Program-made: the position numbers and the translations under genes | In this document: positions 12,752-26,059 of the stretch, in pieces | How positions within the stretch are numbered: the stretch's first letter is position 1 | Layout: the number at the start of each line of letters is the position of its first letter | The notes under the pieces: generated by a model | Told to the model about the DNA's origin: nothing | Databases searched by the model: none | Seen by the model: the letters and a program-made list of their open reading frames with translations, nothing else | Assembly (NCBI RefSeq): GCF_046119375.1 | Contig: NW_027362771.1 | Location: 431,334,001 to 431,398,000 of the forward strand | Direction: 5' to 3' | From: Phyllobates terribilis | Lineage: Eukaryota | Length of the DNA stretch: 64,000 bases

Positions 12752-15700
12752 ATTTTAATACCTATTCCATTGTACGGTGTTTTGTGGGTTGTGTAGATGT
12801 ATTGTTACTACTGTGTTATATCAGGGTCATTGGGGTTTGTCCATACAAAGTTGCACACTATCCTATGTCTATGATGTGAGGAAAAATTGCACTGCAGCTC
12901 AAGGCAAACACTGTACCAACTACTCAATGTGCCCATTCTGTTGTATTGGCACAATGTTTTGCCTATTGCATCTGCTTACATGTGTGAGTATAACAAGTCA
13001 TAGAGATATATGGTTCCTGCATACTGTAGGGACGTCACTAAACATGGGAGAATCCATTCGCAAGACTCCGGTCCATCGGCCAGGTCAGTGATTTGTGTTC
13101 GAACTGCCTGTCGGCGCCCCCACAAAGGTGGCTTGCCACGACAGCCAGGGGTCTGCTAAAGACTTCCATGTCTGTCACAACGGTACTCCTTTAAAAGCCA
13201 GGAGCCGTGGTTCATAAGAGACCGTGATTTTTGCTATATACAGCAATACTGTAATGTTGCTGTATATAGCACAAGCGATCAGATGATCACAGGTTCAAGT
13301 TCTTTTTAAAAAAAAAAAAAAAATCTGAAAAAATTAAGTTCAAATCTCCCCCCTTTTACCTCATTAAAAATTAAGAAATTAAAAGAAAAAACATTCACAT
13401 CTGCTATGTTTATAAAAGTCTGATCGATCAAAATATAACATGAATTAACCTAATCGGTAAATGGCGTAACGAGGAAAAATATAACTCCAGAATGTTTTTT
13501 TTTTTGCCCGCTATTACAGAGCAAAAAGATACATTAGGTGGTGATCAGAACATCATATCTACACTGATGTCAATCAGGCAGCATGTATCAGACACCAGCA
13601 GCTTGATTGCAGTCATTTATGTCCAACTCTGAAGTACTACAGCGTTTCAGAGAAAAACATACTTTAAAAGCCGCCGGAGACTAGACAGACGGGTGGGTCT
13701 TCAGCGGCTTCTCCCCGCCTGTTACCCTTGAGTGACGAGTCTGTACACACACTTGGATAGAGATCTGAAACTTCAGAAGAGTAAGTGGGGAGGAGGCTCG
13801 GGAGACCCCCCCCCCCCCCTTGTCTGTCTAGTCTTCCAAGCGACTTGGTCCCTGGCAGCTATTAGAGTGTTCTTCTCTAAAGACCTGCAGCATTTCCGAG
13901 TGAAACATGCCTGGCTCAGATCATAGAGCCAGTGTCTGATACATGCCACCCATGCATTGAGCACCATGCATCAGCTGTAAGGTTCCCTTTAAATAAGTTA
14001 AAACTATGAATGTCTGGCATCTCTGTAATCGCAGTGACCCAAAGAATCCTATTTCCAGGCCACTTTTATCCGTATAATGAACGCTGTGGAAAAAAAACAT
14101 TGCGGAATTGCGCTTTTTTTCTCACTATTTTGCCGCACTTGGAATTTTCTTTCCTGGTTTCCAGTACGTCATTTAATAGAATTGATGTCAATCAAAAGTA
14201 GAACTTGTACTGCAAAAAACAAGCCCTCATTATGGCTATGTTAATGAAGAATGAAAAAAATGATGGCTTCTTGGAAGAAGAGGAGGAAAAAACGAAACAC
14301 AAAAACGGGAAATCGCCTAGTCAGGAAAGTCAATACAGTTCTTTGAACAAAAGGTGGCTCAACATGAGGGAAACACAGGTCCTCCCTTAGTAATTCATCC
14401 TTTACTCCTTGCTGCCACAGCCAGTATTCACCTCCTGATAAGGTTTTTTCAATCTGACATGTCACTATATATGCTAATATAGGGGTAATAGAAGAAAAAG
14501 GCTCCAAAAATTTGGTGCTCGATTTGTCCTGAATGTCAGAAGCTACTGTTCGGTCACATGGCAGGGATCTTAGGAGCGCAAATATGGGTGGAATCTATCA
14601 TAGTTGCCATTTCACATTTGTGATAGAGTAAAAGTCTTCCATAAATGGCCCTATTTTGGAAACTAGACCCTATAATGAGTTCATCAAGGAGTGTAGAGAG
14701 CATTTTAAACCAGTAGGTGCATCACAATTTTATAACAAAAACAACCCAAGAGTTACATTTTTGTGCACTAAAAGGTTGCTTTTAATCACAAGAGGTAACA
14801 GGAGATAGCGCGTCATAGTTTATGCAAACCCTGAATCCATCATAAGTGATGGGAACTTACGGGTCGGGCACACTGCAGAGCTCAGAAGGGAAGGTGCGTC
14901 ATTTTGGAGGGTGGATTTTGCAGATACCATGTCACATTAGCAGAGGTCCTAAGGTACCAGAATTGTAGAACCCCAGAAATGTTACCCCATTGTACAAACT
15001 ACACCCCTCAATGAATTAATCTAGGGTTATAGTGGGCATTTTGACATCAGTTTTTTTAAGAATTTTATCCCTTGGGCTATGAAAGTAAAAAAAAAACAAA
15101 AAAAAAACTTTTTCACTAAGATGTTTTTAGCCCCAGGTGGTTCATTTTCACACAGGGTAGTGGTAGAAAAGGGACCTCAGAATTTGTTATGCAATTTCTC
15201 CTGATGTGACAATACCATGTATTTAGCTACTCAGTACTGTCTGGGTGCACTGCAGGACTTGGAAGGAAGTAAGGGGCATTATTTCACTTTTGGAGCACAG
15301 ATTTTCCTGGAATAGTTTGAACACCATTTGCAGAGCCCCTTAGGTGCAATAACAGATTAAATGCACCCCATAAGTGACCCCATTTTGGAGGTTGCACTCC
15401 TCCAAAGATGGACCGTGTGTAGTGACTATTCTGACCCAACATGTGTTTTCTAGAACTAAGCATGCAGTGGATACTGCAGAGTGAAAATTGAGACTATGCC
15501 AGTGGTGTCCAATACATTGTGCCCAACTTGTGTCTCTGGAGACCCACAGTCCCACACACTGTTACTTGTGTTATCCCCATTACAGTAATGCCATACATGT
15601 GGATGTTAACTGTGGATTGGGCACAATGAGGGGCTCGCAATGGAGGGGAACGATTTGAACTTGGAAGTTTTCATTTGAAAATGTCGTTTACCAGAGCCTT

Positions 15701-16067
15701 TGTGCTCCCAATAACGTGGAAACACTCTTAGTTTTCAGCTGACGGACCTGAATATAAGTTTGTATTTTCATGGGAGGAGTAGCAAATATTTGTAGTATTT
15801 TGAGGTACACACAATTTTTTTGATCGCTTTCAAAGGTAAGTACATTTATCTTGCACTCTTTCCTGACCACTTCTGACAAAGTTTGCCTAAATTCACCAAA
15901 AAAAAAAGAAAAACATTCACTATAAAGGGGCCCACAGATTCACCGTGGTCTCCATCTAGCCTTTGTTCCATCTTTTTAGAGGTACATAAAAGTGTTGTTG
16001 GCCACGCGTTCGGGCATGTCTAAAACGATGGGTACTGCTGGAAGAGGCCATAAGAGTCCAAACTGCC

Positions 16068-19000
16068 TGTACACGAGTTCAGCTGTCAGGTGATCGCTCC
16101 GGACGCGGCTCCTGTGCACGAGTTCAGCTGTCAGGTGATCGCTCCTGTGCACGAGCTCAGCTGTCAGGTGATCGCTCCGGACGTGGCTTCTGTGCACGAG
16201 CTCAGCTGTCAGGTGATCGCTCCGGACGCGGCTCCTGTGCACGAGCTCAGCTGTCAGGTGATCGCTCCGGACGCGGCTCCTGTGCATGAGCTCAGCTGTC
16301 AGGTGATCGCTCCGGACGTGGCTTCTGTGCATGAGCTCAGCTGTCAGGTGACTGCTCCGGACGCGGCTCCTGTGCACGAGCTCAGCTGTCAGGTGATCGC
16401 TCCGGACGCGGCTCCTGTGCACGAGCTCACCTGTCAGGTGATTGCACCGGACACTGCTCCTGTGCACGAGCTCAGCTGTCAGGTGATCGCTCCGGACGCG
16501 GCTCCTGTGCACGAGCTCAGCTGTCAGGTGATCGCTCCTGTGCACGAGCTCAGCTGTCAGGTGATCGCTCCGGACGCGGCTCCTGTGCATGAGCTCAGCT
16601 GTCAGGTGATCGCTCCGGACGTGGCTTCTGTGCATGAGCTCAGCTGTCAGGTGACTGCTCCGGACGCGGCTCCTGTGCACGAGCTCAGCTGTCAGGTGAT
16701 CGCTCCGGACGCGGCTCCTGTGCACGAGCTCACCTGTCAGGTGATTGCTCCGGACACTGCTCCTGTGCACGAGCTCAGCTGTCAGGTGATCGCTCCGGAC
16801 GCGGCTCCTGTGCACGAGCTCAGCTGTCAGGTGATCGCTCCGGACGCGGCTCCTGTGCACGAGCTCAGCTGTCAGGTGATCGCTCCGGACGCGGCTCCTG
16901 TGCACGAGTTCAGCTGTCAGGTGATCGCTCCGGACGCGGCTCCTGTGCACGAGTTCAGCTGTCAGGTGATCGCTCCTGTGCACGAGCTCAGCTGTCAGGT
17001 GATCGCTCCGGACGCGGCTCCTGTGCATGAGCTCAGCTGTCAGGTGATCGCTCCGGACGTGGCTTCTGTGCATGAGCTCAGCTGTCAGGTGACTGCTCCG
17101 GACGCGGCTCCTGTGCACGAGCTCAGCTGTCAGGTGATCGCTCCGGACGCGGCTCCTGTGCACGAGCTCACCTGTCAGGTGATTGCTCCGGACACTGCTC
17201 CTGTGCACGAGCTCAGCTGTCAGGTGATCGCTCCGGACGCGGCTCCTGTGCACGAGCTCAGCTGTCAGGTGATCGCTCCTGTGCACGAGCTCAGCTATCA
17301 GGTGATCGCTCCGGACGCGGCTCCTGTGCATGAGCTCAGCTGTCAGGTGATCGCTCCGGACGTGGCTTCTGTGCATGAGCTCAGCTGTCAGGTGACTGCT
17401 CCGGACGCGGCTCCTGTGCACGAGCTCAGCTGTCAGGTGATCGCTCCGGACGCGGCTCCTGTGCACGAGCTCACCTGTCAGGTGATTGCTCCGGACACTG
17501 CTCCTGTGCACGAGCTCAGCTGTCAGGTGATCGCTCCGGACGCGGCTCCTGTGCACGAGCTCAGCTGTCAGGTGATCGCTCCGGACGCGGCTCCTGTGCA
17601 CGAGCTCAGCTGTCAGGTGATCGCTCCGGACGCGGCTCCTGTGCACGAGCTCAGCTGTCAGGTGATCGCTCCGGACGCGGCTCCTGTGCACGAGCTCAGC
17701 TGTCAGGTGATCGCTCCGGACGCGGCTCCTGTGCACGAGTTCAGCTGTCAGGTGATCGCTCCGGACGCGGCTCCTGTGCACGAGTTCAGCTGTCAGGTGA
17801 TCGCTCCTGTGCACGAGCTCACCTGTCAGGTGATTGCTCCGGACACTGCTCCTGTGCACGAGCTCAGCTGTCAGGTGATCGCTCCGGACGCGGCTCCTGT
17901 GCACGAGCTCAGCTGTCAGGTGATCGCTCCTGTGCACGAGCTCAGCTGTCAGGTGATCGCTCCGGACGCGGCTCCTGTGCATGAGCTCAGCTGTCAGGTG
18001 ATCGCTCTGGACGTGGCTTCTGTGCATGAGCTCAGCTGTCAGGTGACTGCTCCGGACGCGGCTCCTGTGCACGAGCTCAGCTGTCAGGTGATCGCTCCGG
18101 ACGCGGCTCCTGTGCACGAGCTCACTTGTCAGGTGATTGCTCCGGACACTGCTCCTGTGCACGAGCTCAGCTGTCAGGTGATCGCTCCGGACGCGGCTCC
18201 TGTGCACGAGCTCAGCTGTCAGGTGATCGCTCCGGACGCGGCTCCTGTGCACGAGCTCAGCTGTCAGGTGATCGCTCCGGACGCGGCTCCTGTGCACGAG
18301 CTCAGCTGTCAGGTGATCGCTCCGGACGCGGCTCCTGTGCACGAGCTCAGCTGTCAGGTGATTGCTCCGGACACTGCTCCTGTGCACGAGCTCAGCTGTT
18401 ACGCGATTAGCTCTGGACGCGGCTCCTGGGCATGAGCACAGCTGTCAGGTGATCCCTCCGGACGCGGCTCCTGTGCACCAGCTCAGCTGTCAGGTGATCG
18501 CTCCGGACGCGGCTCCTGTGCACCAGCTCAGCTGTCAGGTGATCGGTCCGGACGCGGCTCCTGTGCACGAGCTCAGCTGTCAGGTGAACACTCCGTACAC
18601 GGCTCCTGTACACGAGCTCAGCTGTCAGGTGATCGCTCTGGACGTGGCTCCTGTGCACGAGGTCAGGTGACTGCTCCGGACGCGGCTCCTGGGCATGAGC
18701 ACAGCTGTCAGGTGATCCCTCCGGCCGCGGCTCCTGTGCACGAGCTCAGCTGTCAGGTGATCGCTCCGGACGCGCCTCCTGTGCACGAGCTCAGCTGTCA
18801 GGTGATCGCTCCGTACACGGCTCCTGTACACGAGCTCAGCTGTCAGGTGATCGCTCTGGACGTGGCTCCTGTGCACGAGGTCAGGTGACTGCTCCGGACG
18901 CGGCTCCTGTGCACGAGCTCAGCTGTCAGGTGATCGCTCCGTACGTGGCTCCTGTGCACGAGCTCGGCTGTCAGGTGACTGCTCCGGATGCGGGTCCTGT

Positions 19001-21715
19001 GCACGAGCTCGGCTGTCAGGTTATCGCTCCGGACGTGGCTCCTGTGCACGAGCTCGGCTGTCAGGTTATCGCTCCGGACGTGGCTCCTGTGCACGAGCTC
19101 AGCTGTCAGGTTACTGCTCCGGACGCGGCTCCTGTGCACGAGCTCAGCTGTCAGGTTACTGTTCCGGACGCGGCTCCTGTGCATGAGCTCAGCTGTCAGG
19201 TGATCGCTCTGGACGTGGCTTCTGTGCATGAGCTCAGCTGTCAGGTGACTGCTCCGGACGCGGCTCCTGTGCACGAGCTCAGCTGTCAGGTGATCGCTCC
19301 GGACGCGGCTCCTGTGCACGAGCTCACTTGTCAGGTGATTGCTCCGGACACTGCTCCTGTGCACGAGCTCAGCTGTCAGGTGATCGCTCCGGACGCGGCT
19401 CCTGTGCACGAGCTCAGCTGTCAGGTGATCGCTCCGGACGCGGCTCCTGTGCACGAGCTCAGCTGTCAGGTGATCGCTCCGGACGCGGCTCCTGTGCACG
19501 AGCTCAGCTGTCAGGTGATCGCTCCGGACGCGGCTCCTGTGCACGAGCTCAGCTGTCAGGTGATTGCTCCGGACACTGCTCCTGTGCACGAGCTCAGCTG
19601 TTACGCGATTAGCTCTGGACGCGGCTCCTGGGCATGAGCACAGCTGTCAGGTGATCCCTCCGGACGCGGCTCCTGTGCACCAGCTCAGCTGTCAGGTGAT
19701 CGCTCCGGACGCGGCTCCTGTGCACCAGCTCAGCTGTCAGGTGATCGGTCCGGACGCGGCTCCTGTGCACGAGCTCAGCTGTCAGGTGAACACTCCGTAC
19801 ACGGCTCCTGTACACGAGCTCAGCTGTCAGGTGATCGCTCTGGACGTGGCTCCTGTGCACGAGGTCAGGTGACTGCTCCGGACGCGGCTCCTGGGCATGA
19901 GCACAGCTGTCAGGTGATCCCTCCGGCCGCGGCTCCTGTGCACGAGCTCAGCTGTCAGGTGATCGCTCCGGACGCGCCTCCTGTGCACGAGCTCAGCTGT
20001 CAGGTGATCGCTCCGTACACGGCTCCTGTACACGAGCTCAGCTGTCAGGTGATCGCTCTGGACGTGGCTCCTGTGCACGAGGTCAGGTGACTGCTCCGGA
20101 CGCGGCTCCTGTGCACGAGCTCAGCTGTCAGGTGATCGCTCCGTACGTGGCTCCTGTGCACGAGCTCGGCTGTCAGGTGACTGCTCCGGATGCGGGTCCT
20201 GTGCACGAGCTCGGCTGTCAGGTTATCGCTCCGGACGTGGCTCCTGTGCACGAGCTCGGCTGTCAGGTTATCGCTCCGGACGTGGCTCCTGTGCACGAGC
20301 TCAGCTGTCAGGTTACTGCTCCGGACGCGGCTCCTGTGCACGAGCTCAGCTGTCAGGTTACTGTTCCGGACGCGGCTCCTGTGCACGAGCTCAGCTGTCA
20401 GGTTACTGTTCGGGACGCGGCTCCTGTGCACGAGCTCAGCTGTCAGGTTATCGCTGCGGACGCGGCTCCTGTGCACGAGCTGAGCTGTTAGGTGATCGCT
20501 CTCGATGCGGCTCCTGTGCACGAGCACAGCTGTCAGGTGATCGCTCTCGATGCGGCTCCTGTGCACGAGCACAGCTGTCAGGTGATCGCTCTCGATGCGT
20601 CTCCTGTGCACGAGCTCAGCTGTCAGGTGATCGCTCTCGATGTGTCTCCTGTGCACGAGCTCAGCTGTCAGGTGATCGCTCTCGATGCGGCTCCTGTGCA
20701 CGAGCACAGCTGTCAGGTGATCGCTCTCGATGCGGCTCCTGTGCACGAGCACAGCTGTCAGGTGATCGCTCTCGATGCGGCTCCTGTGCACGAGCACAGC
20801 TGTCAGGTGATCGCTCTCGATGCGGCTCCTGTGCACGAGCACAGCTGTCAGGTGATCGCTCTCGATGCGGCTCCTGTGCACGAGCTCAGCTGTCAGGTGA
20901 TCGCTCTCGATGCGGCTCCTGTGCACGAGCTCAGCTGTCAGGTGATCGCTCTCGATGCGGCTCCTGTGCACGAGCTCAGCTGTCAGGTGATCGCTTCAGA
21001 CGCGGCTCCTGTGCACGAGCTCAGCTGTCAGGTGACCGCGCCGGACGCGGCTCCTGTGCACGAGGTCAGGTGATCGCTTCGGACGCGACTCCTGTGCACG
21101 AGCTCAGCTGTCAGGTGACCGCGCCGGATGCGGCTCCTGTGCGGGCTCCTGTGCACGAGCTCAGCTGTCAGGTGACCGCGCCGGACGCGGCTCCTGTGCA
21201 CGAGGTCAGGTGATCGCTTCGGACGCGACTCCTGTGCACGAGCTCAGCTGTCAGGTGATTGCGCCGGACGCGGCTCCTGTGCACGAGGTCAGGTGATCGC
21301 TTCGGACGCGACTCCTGTGCACGAGCTCAGCTGTCAGGTGACCGCGCCGGACGCGGCTCCTGTGCACGAGGTCAGGTGATCGCTTCGGACGCGACTCCTG
21401 TGCACGAGCTCAGCTGTCAGGTGACCGTGCCGGATGCGGCTCCTGTGCGGACTCCTGTGCACGAGCTCAGCTGTCAGGTGACCGCGCCGGACGCGGCTCC
21501 TGTGCACGAGGTCAGGTGATCGCTTCGGACGCGACTCCTGTGCACGAGCTCAGCTGTCAGGTGATTGCGCCGGACGCGGCTCCTGTGCACGAGGTCAGGT
21601 GATCGCTTCGGACGCGACTCCTGTGCACGAGCTCAGCTGTCAGGTGACCGCGCCAGACACGGCTCCTGTGCACGAGCTCAGCTGTCAGGTGATCGCGCCG
21701 GACACTGCTCCTGTA
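16068..21715. repeat. 45-bp CpG-rich satellite with 33-bp and 38-bp deletion variants and higher-order repeats
   Basis: Unit GTGATCGCTCCGGACGCGGCTCCTGTGCACGAGCTCAGCTGTCAG repeated over about 5.6 kb. Confidence 0.98.
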
Positions 21716-22321
21716 CCCGTATAATCCCAAACATAATGTCCCTTTTTGAAAATTCCTCCCTAAATAATACACAACAGTACTTCCAATGTCAGGAAGCTGT
21801 TAAAAGAAGTGACATGCTCATTCTCTACTAGGATGCCGCCCGCTCTCTATATCGTATAGAGTCAAAGCCGTCATAGGCTGGGGTCACATGAAGTTTTTGC
21901 CATATTTATTATGTAAAAATTGTAAAATATTTCAATTTAAAAAACAAAACAAAACTGTGAAACTATTTGGAAAGTAGTCTTCCAGGTGGGTGGCCTTCTC
22001 AAACTAGATGGCCAATATGGAAAATTAAGGATTGAACTAAAAATCTGATACAGAAAATGTTAAGTGGTTGTGTTCTAGGTCAAACTCCAGATCCGCTGGC
22101 TAAATGCAGCCCACGTCATTTTATGTGACTTAGAGGTCCGGATGCCTGCGAGCTGAGGTGTGGAGGAACGTGCCAGCGCTCAGAATCCAAGATGGCAGAG
22201 GGAGTGGGTGCCAAGCACTGCCAGCAGAAGGAGCAGATGTCATCTCGCATTCTTAGCTCTGTCCCGTTCCTCCACACCTTTCTGTTCAGCAACTCACAGG
22301 TGTTGGCACAGCTCTTACATA

Positions 22322-24068
22322 CAGGGTGGTCCAAAAGTAGGTGGACAGAAAGTGTAATAAGGTTATGAAGGGGGAGATTTATCAAACAAAATCCAGTAAT
22401 CTTAGATAACATGTGGAGTGATGAAGCTTCTTTCAAATTATCCGGCCCTATTAACAGACATAATTGTATTTACTGGTATAATGAAAACATGCATTTAACA
22501 TGGGAAGTTGGGCCAATGCCGATAAATGTAAGGTCATCCACATGGGAAAGAAAAACCGCAGTCACCCATACATATTAAATGGGAAACCGTTGGGGAAATC
22601 TGACATGGAGAAGGACCTGGGCGTCTTGGTTAACAGCAAATAAAATTGGAGTGCCCAGTGTCAGGCAGCAGCTGCGAAGGCAAATAGAGTCATGGCATGC
22701 ATCAGAAGAGGAATAGTGGCATATGATGAGAACATTGTTCTTCCTCTGTATAAAGCGCTGGTAAGGCCGCACTTAGAATATTGTGCACAGTTCTGGGCTT
22801 CGGTGCTCAGGAAAGACATATTGGAGCTAGAGAGGGTACAAAGGAGGGCGACTAAGGTAATAAAGGGAATGGAGGGACTAGAATACCCAGAGAGGTTGTC
22901 AAAATTAGGCCTATTTACGTTGGAAAAGAGAAGGCTTAGGGGAGACCTCAAACATGTATAAATACATCAGGTGGCAGTACAGAGATCTCTCCCATGACCT
23001 GTTTATACCAAGGATGGTGACAAAGACGAGGGGGCACACTATGCGTCTGGAGGAAAGGAGGTTCCTGCACCAGCATAGAAGGGGATTCTTTACGGTCAGA
23101 GCTGTGAGACTCTGGAACTCTCTGGGAGAGGAAGTGGTGATGTCCAACTCACTTAATGAGTTCAAGAGAGGCCTGGACGCCTTTCTTGAGAACAATAAAA
23201 TTACATCTTATGCTTAGTGATAGTTAATCAATCCAGGGACTGCCAGATTGGAGTTGGGAAGTGAATTTTTCGTCAATGATGTAAATTGGCCAATACCGCA
23301 TGTTTTTTTTTTGCCTTCCCCTGGATCAACGCTGCGGAATAGCTGCAGCGCACAAGAAATAGGCTGAACTGGATGGACGCTTGTCTTTTTTCGGCCTTAT
23401 AAACTATGTAACTATGTAACATTAGAGCAACAACTAAATGAGCCTGGTGTCAATGTTTGGGGTGGTATTTCAAGTTTTGGTATTTTAGGACCAATATTTT
23501 TTGATGGAAGTCACAGGAGATAAGTATCTCGAAATTCTAATGGATCAAGTTGTTCCCCAGTTACAGCAACAGCCTAATTCAAATGACCTTTATTTCCAAC
23601 AAGATGGGGCCCCTCCACATTATTCAAGAGTAGTCCGCGAGTATCTTGATGAAACATTTCCTAATAAATGGATTGGCCGAAGAGGCCCACTTGATTGGCC
23701 GGCGCGTTCACCAGACTTGACCCCAATGGATTTTTTATTTTGGGGAGTACTCAAGGACAAAGTTTATAGTCGAAAACCAAAAAGTGTCAGTGATTTGAAA
23801 AATTACACAAGAGATCCATTTCAAGAAATTAATACCCAAAGAAACTTGTGCAAAAAAGTTTGTCGAAGCGTAAGAGGCAGACTGCAAAGCTGTGCAAATT
23901 GTAATGGAAAACAGTTTGAGCACCTGCGTTGGTAAAAATTAAGGGCTTTTGTTTTATTGTTCAGAATAAAATTTAATTGTCAATGATATGCTTGTGTTAG
24001 TAAATATGATTTTATATATAAATCAAAATAAATGTTATTTTCTGGCCACCTACTTTTGGACCACCCTG
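22322..24068 (+). mobile_element. Internally deleted DD41D (rosa/Visitor-type) Tc1/mariner transposon
   Basis: TIRs CAGGGTGGTCCAAAAGTAGGTGG at both ends with TA TSDs (22320-21, 24069-70). Transposase motifs [16 protein letters not shown] and FQQDGAPPH...WPARSPDLTPMDF, with 41 residues between the second and third Asp. Confidence 0.88.
22502..23422 (+). mobile_element. 5'-truncated CR1 nested in the DD41D transposase
   Basis: DKCKVIHMG...RPHLEYCAQFW...RLRGDL...AVRLWNSL C-terminal ORF2 and an (AACTATGT)n tail. TAACAT is duplicated at both junctions. Confidence 0.93.
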
Positions 24069-24373
24069 TATTATTCAATGATGGCTCTAAACAAGACTAG
24101 ACACATAACATATTGCTGATAACTTCCAGGCTATGTTATAAATCGCTACAGCACAAGGCCTAAAAGACACACTGACCACCGGAAAATGGTGACAAACACC
24201 CGGCCAGCAAACAATAAACCTGAATCAAAATTAAAAATGTATTTCAACCAAGAAATCTAGCTGAGTTACATTTTAACCATACACGTGAATGGTTGTGTTT
24301 GTATTGTTAGTTATTTTCAGAACACGATCAATGGATGCGAATGGTGTGTGATATGGTGTCTCAGGTTATTTAA

Positions 24374-24418
24374 AGCACCACTTCAGTGTTTTTTTTATTG
24401 CACCAGTGGAGTGGTACT
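24374..24418. mobile_element. Minimal 45-bp palindromic TTAA-flanked element
   Basis: TTAA-AGCACCACTTCAGTG...CAGTGGAGTGGTACT-TTAA. A related hairpin occurs near 46525-46570. Confidence 0.55.
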
Positions 24419-26059
24419 TTAACCGGTTCCCGACCGCCCACTGTACATAAACGTTCGCGCTGCCTGGGCTCTGTGCAGCGCAGACGTTTAAAAACGGTGG
24501 GTGGTCTCGCAGCGCTCAGGACTCCCAGGGTCCTGCAAGCGCTGCGATTCCGGTGCAGAGCGTTAGCTCTGACAGGGAACATCATCGGGACCTGATTGGA
24601 TCAGGTCCCAGTGATGTTAACCCTTTGCTGTCTTCTATATGCTGCGATCTTTAGTGATCGCGGCATATAGGAGACAGCAGGAGGAGAGGGGGTCATCTTA
24701 CTTACCTCCGAAGACCTCCGATTCCTTCCAGGATCTGGGGTTGCTATGGCAGCTGGAGGTCACATGACCGCCTCCAGCTCTGCCATATATGGTGTCCTGT
24801 CTGGCTCAGCCTGCAAGCTGAGCCAGACAGGAGACTCTGACTGAAGCAGGGAAGATCTCATGTAATGTAATGTAATATATGTCTATTACATTACATGAGA
24901 TCAGTGATCAGAAAAATAAAAATTAATGTCCCATACAGAGACTAAGTAAAAATGTAAAAAAAAAAAAAAAAAAAAGTTTTTAAACTGTTAAAAAAAAAAT
25001 CACAAAATAAATAAATAAAATATTAAACCAATAAATCCATATATTTTTACAAAACCAAAAAAAGAACACATATTTGGTATCGCCGTGTCCAAAACAACCC
25101 AAGCTATAAAACTGTCACACTAATTAACTCCTTCTGTGCACACCGTAATAAAAATAAATAAAAGACGGAGCAAAAAAATATGCTTTTTCATCATATCGCC
25201 AAACAAAAAGTGGAAAAAAATGCGATCAAAAAGCAAAATAGAAATAAAAAAGGTACCGCTGAAAACGTCATCTTGTTCCGCAAAAAACAAGCTGCCATAC
25301 AGCTCCATCAGTCGAAAAATAAAAAAGTTATAGTGCTCAGAATAAAGCAATGCAAAAAAAATATTTTTTTCTATAAATTTGTTTTATTGTGTAAAAGCGC
25401 CAAAACATAAAAAAAATATACAGTAAGTGTAGTATCGCTGTAAATGTACTGACCCGAAGAATATCGCTGCCTGATCACTTTTACCACACGCAGAACGGCA
25501 TAAAAAAAAACCTCAAAGAACAATTCCTGAATTGGTTTTTGTTAATTTTACCTCCCAAAAAACGGAATAGAAAGCGATCAAAAAATGTCACGTACCCAAA
25601 AATGGTACCAATAAAAATGTCAACTCGTCCCGCAAAAAACAAGCCATCACATGACTGTCGGCCGAAATATGGAAAAAGATCCTAGTTACTTACCGGTAAC
25701 GGGATTTTACAGAGCCCATGACAGCACCACCTGAGAGAGGGTATCCGCCCACCAAGGACAGGAACCTACTGAATAAAAAGGCGGTACCTCTCCTCCGCAT
25801 CAGTTTTTTTTGTTTCAGAGCATGAGAGGGCCTCCGAAGACAGGTTAATACATAACCACCACCTCAACATATGTACTAAACACCTTAAAAAAAGTGCACA
25901 CCACAGTGATAAAGGGGAGGGAATTAATAGGGTGCTGTCATGGGCTCTGTAAAATCCCGTTACCGGTAAGTAACTAGGATCTTTTCCCCTTCTCCCATGA
26001 CAGCACCACCTGAGAGATTTATAGAGATTAAATACCAGAGGGAGGGATCACCGCTTGCA

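Noticed and set aside
15850-16067. Unique flank on minus (MASSSSTHRFRHARTRGQQHFYVPLKRWNKG*) as a gene or TE ORF
   Set aside because: Short, interrupted by stops and without a recognisable motif. It cannot be assigned without a search.
16068-21715. CRISPR array
   Set aside because: Units are contiguous with no unique spacers, there are no cas genes, and the context is vertebrate.
15976-21831. Long ORFs (803, 781, 308, 250 aa etc.) as protein-coding genes
   Set aside because: They arise from a stop-free 45-bp monomer. They are open on both strands, broken by 38-bp variants and lack a promoter or splice structure.
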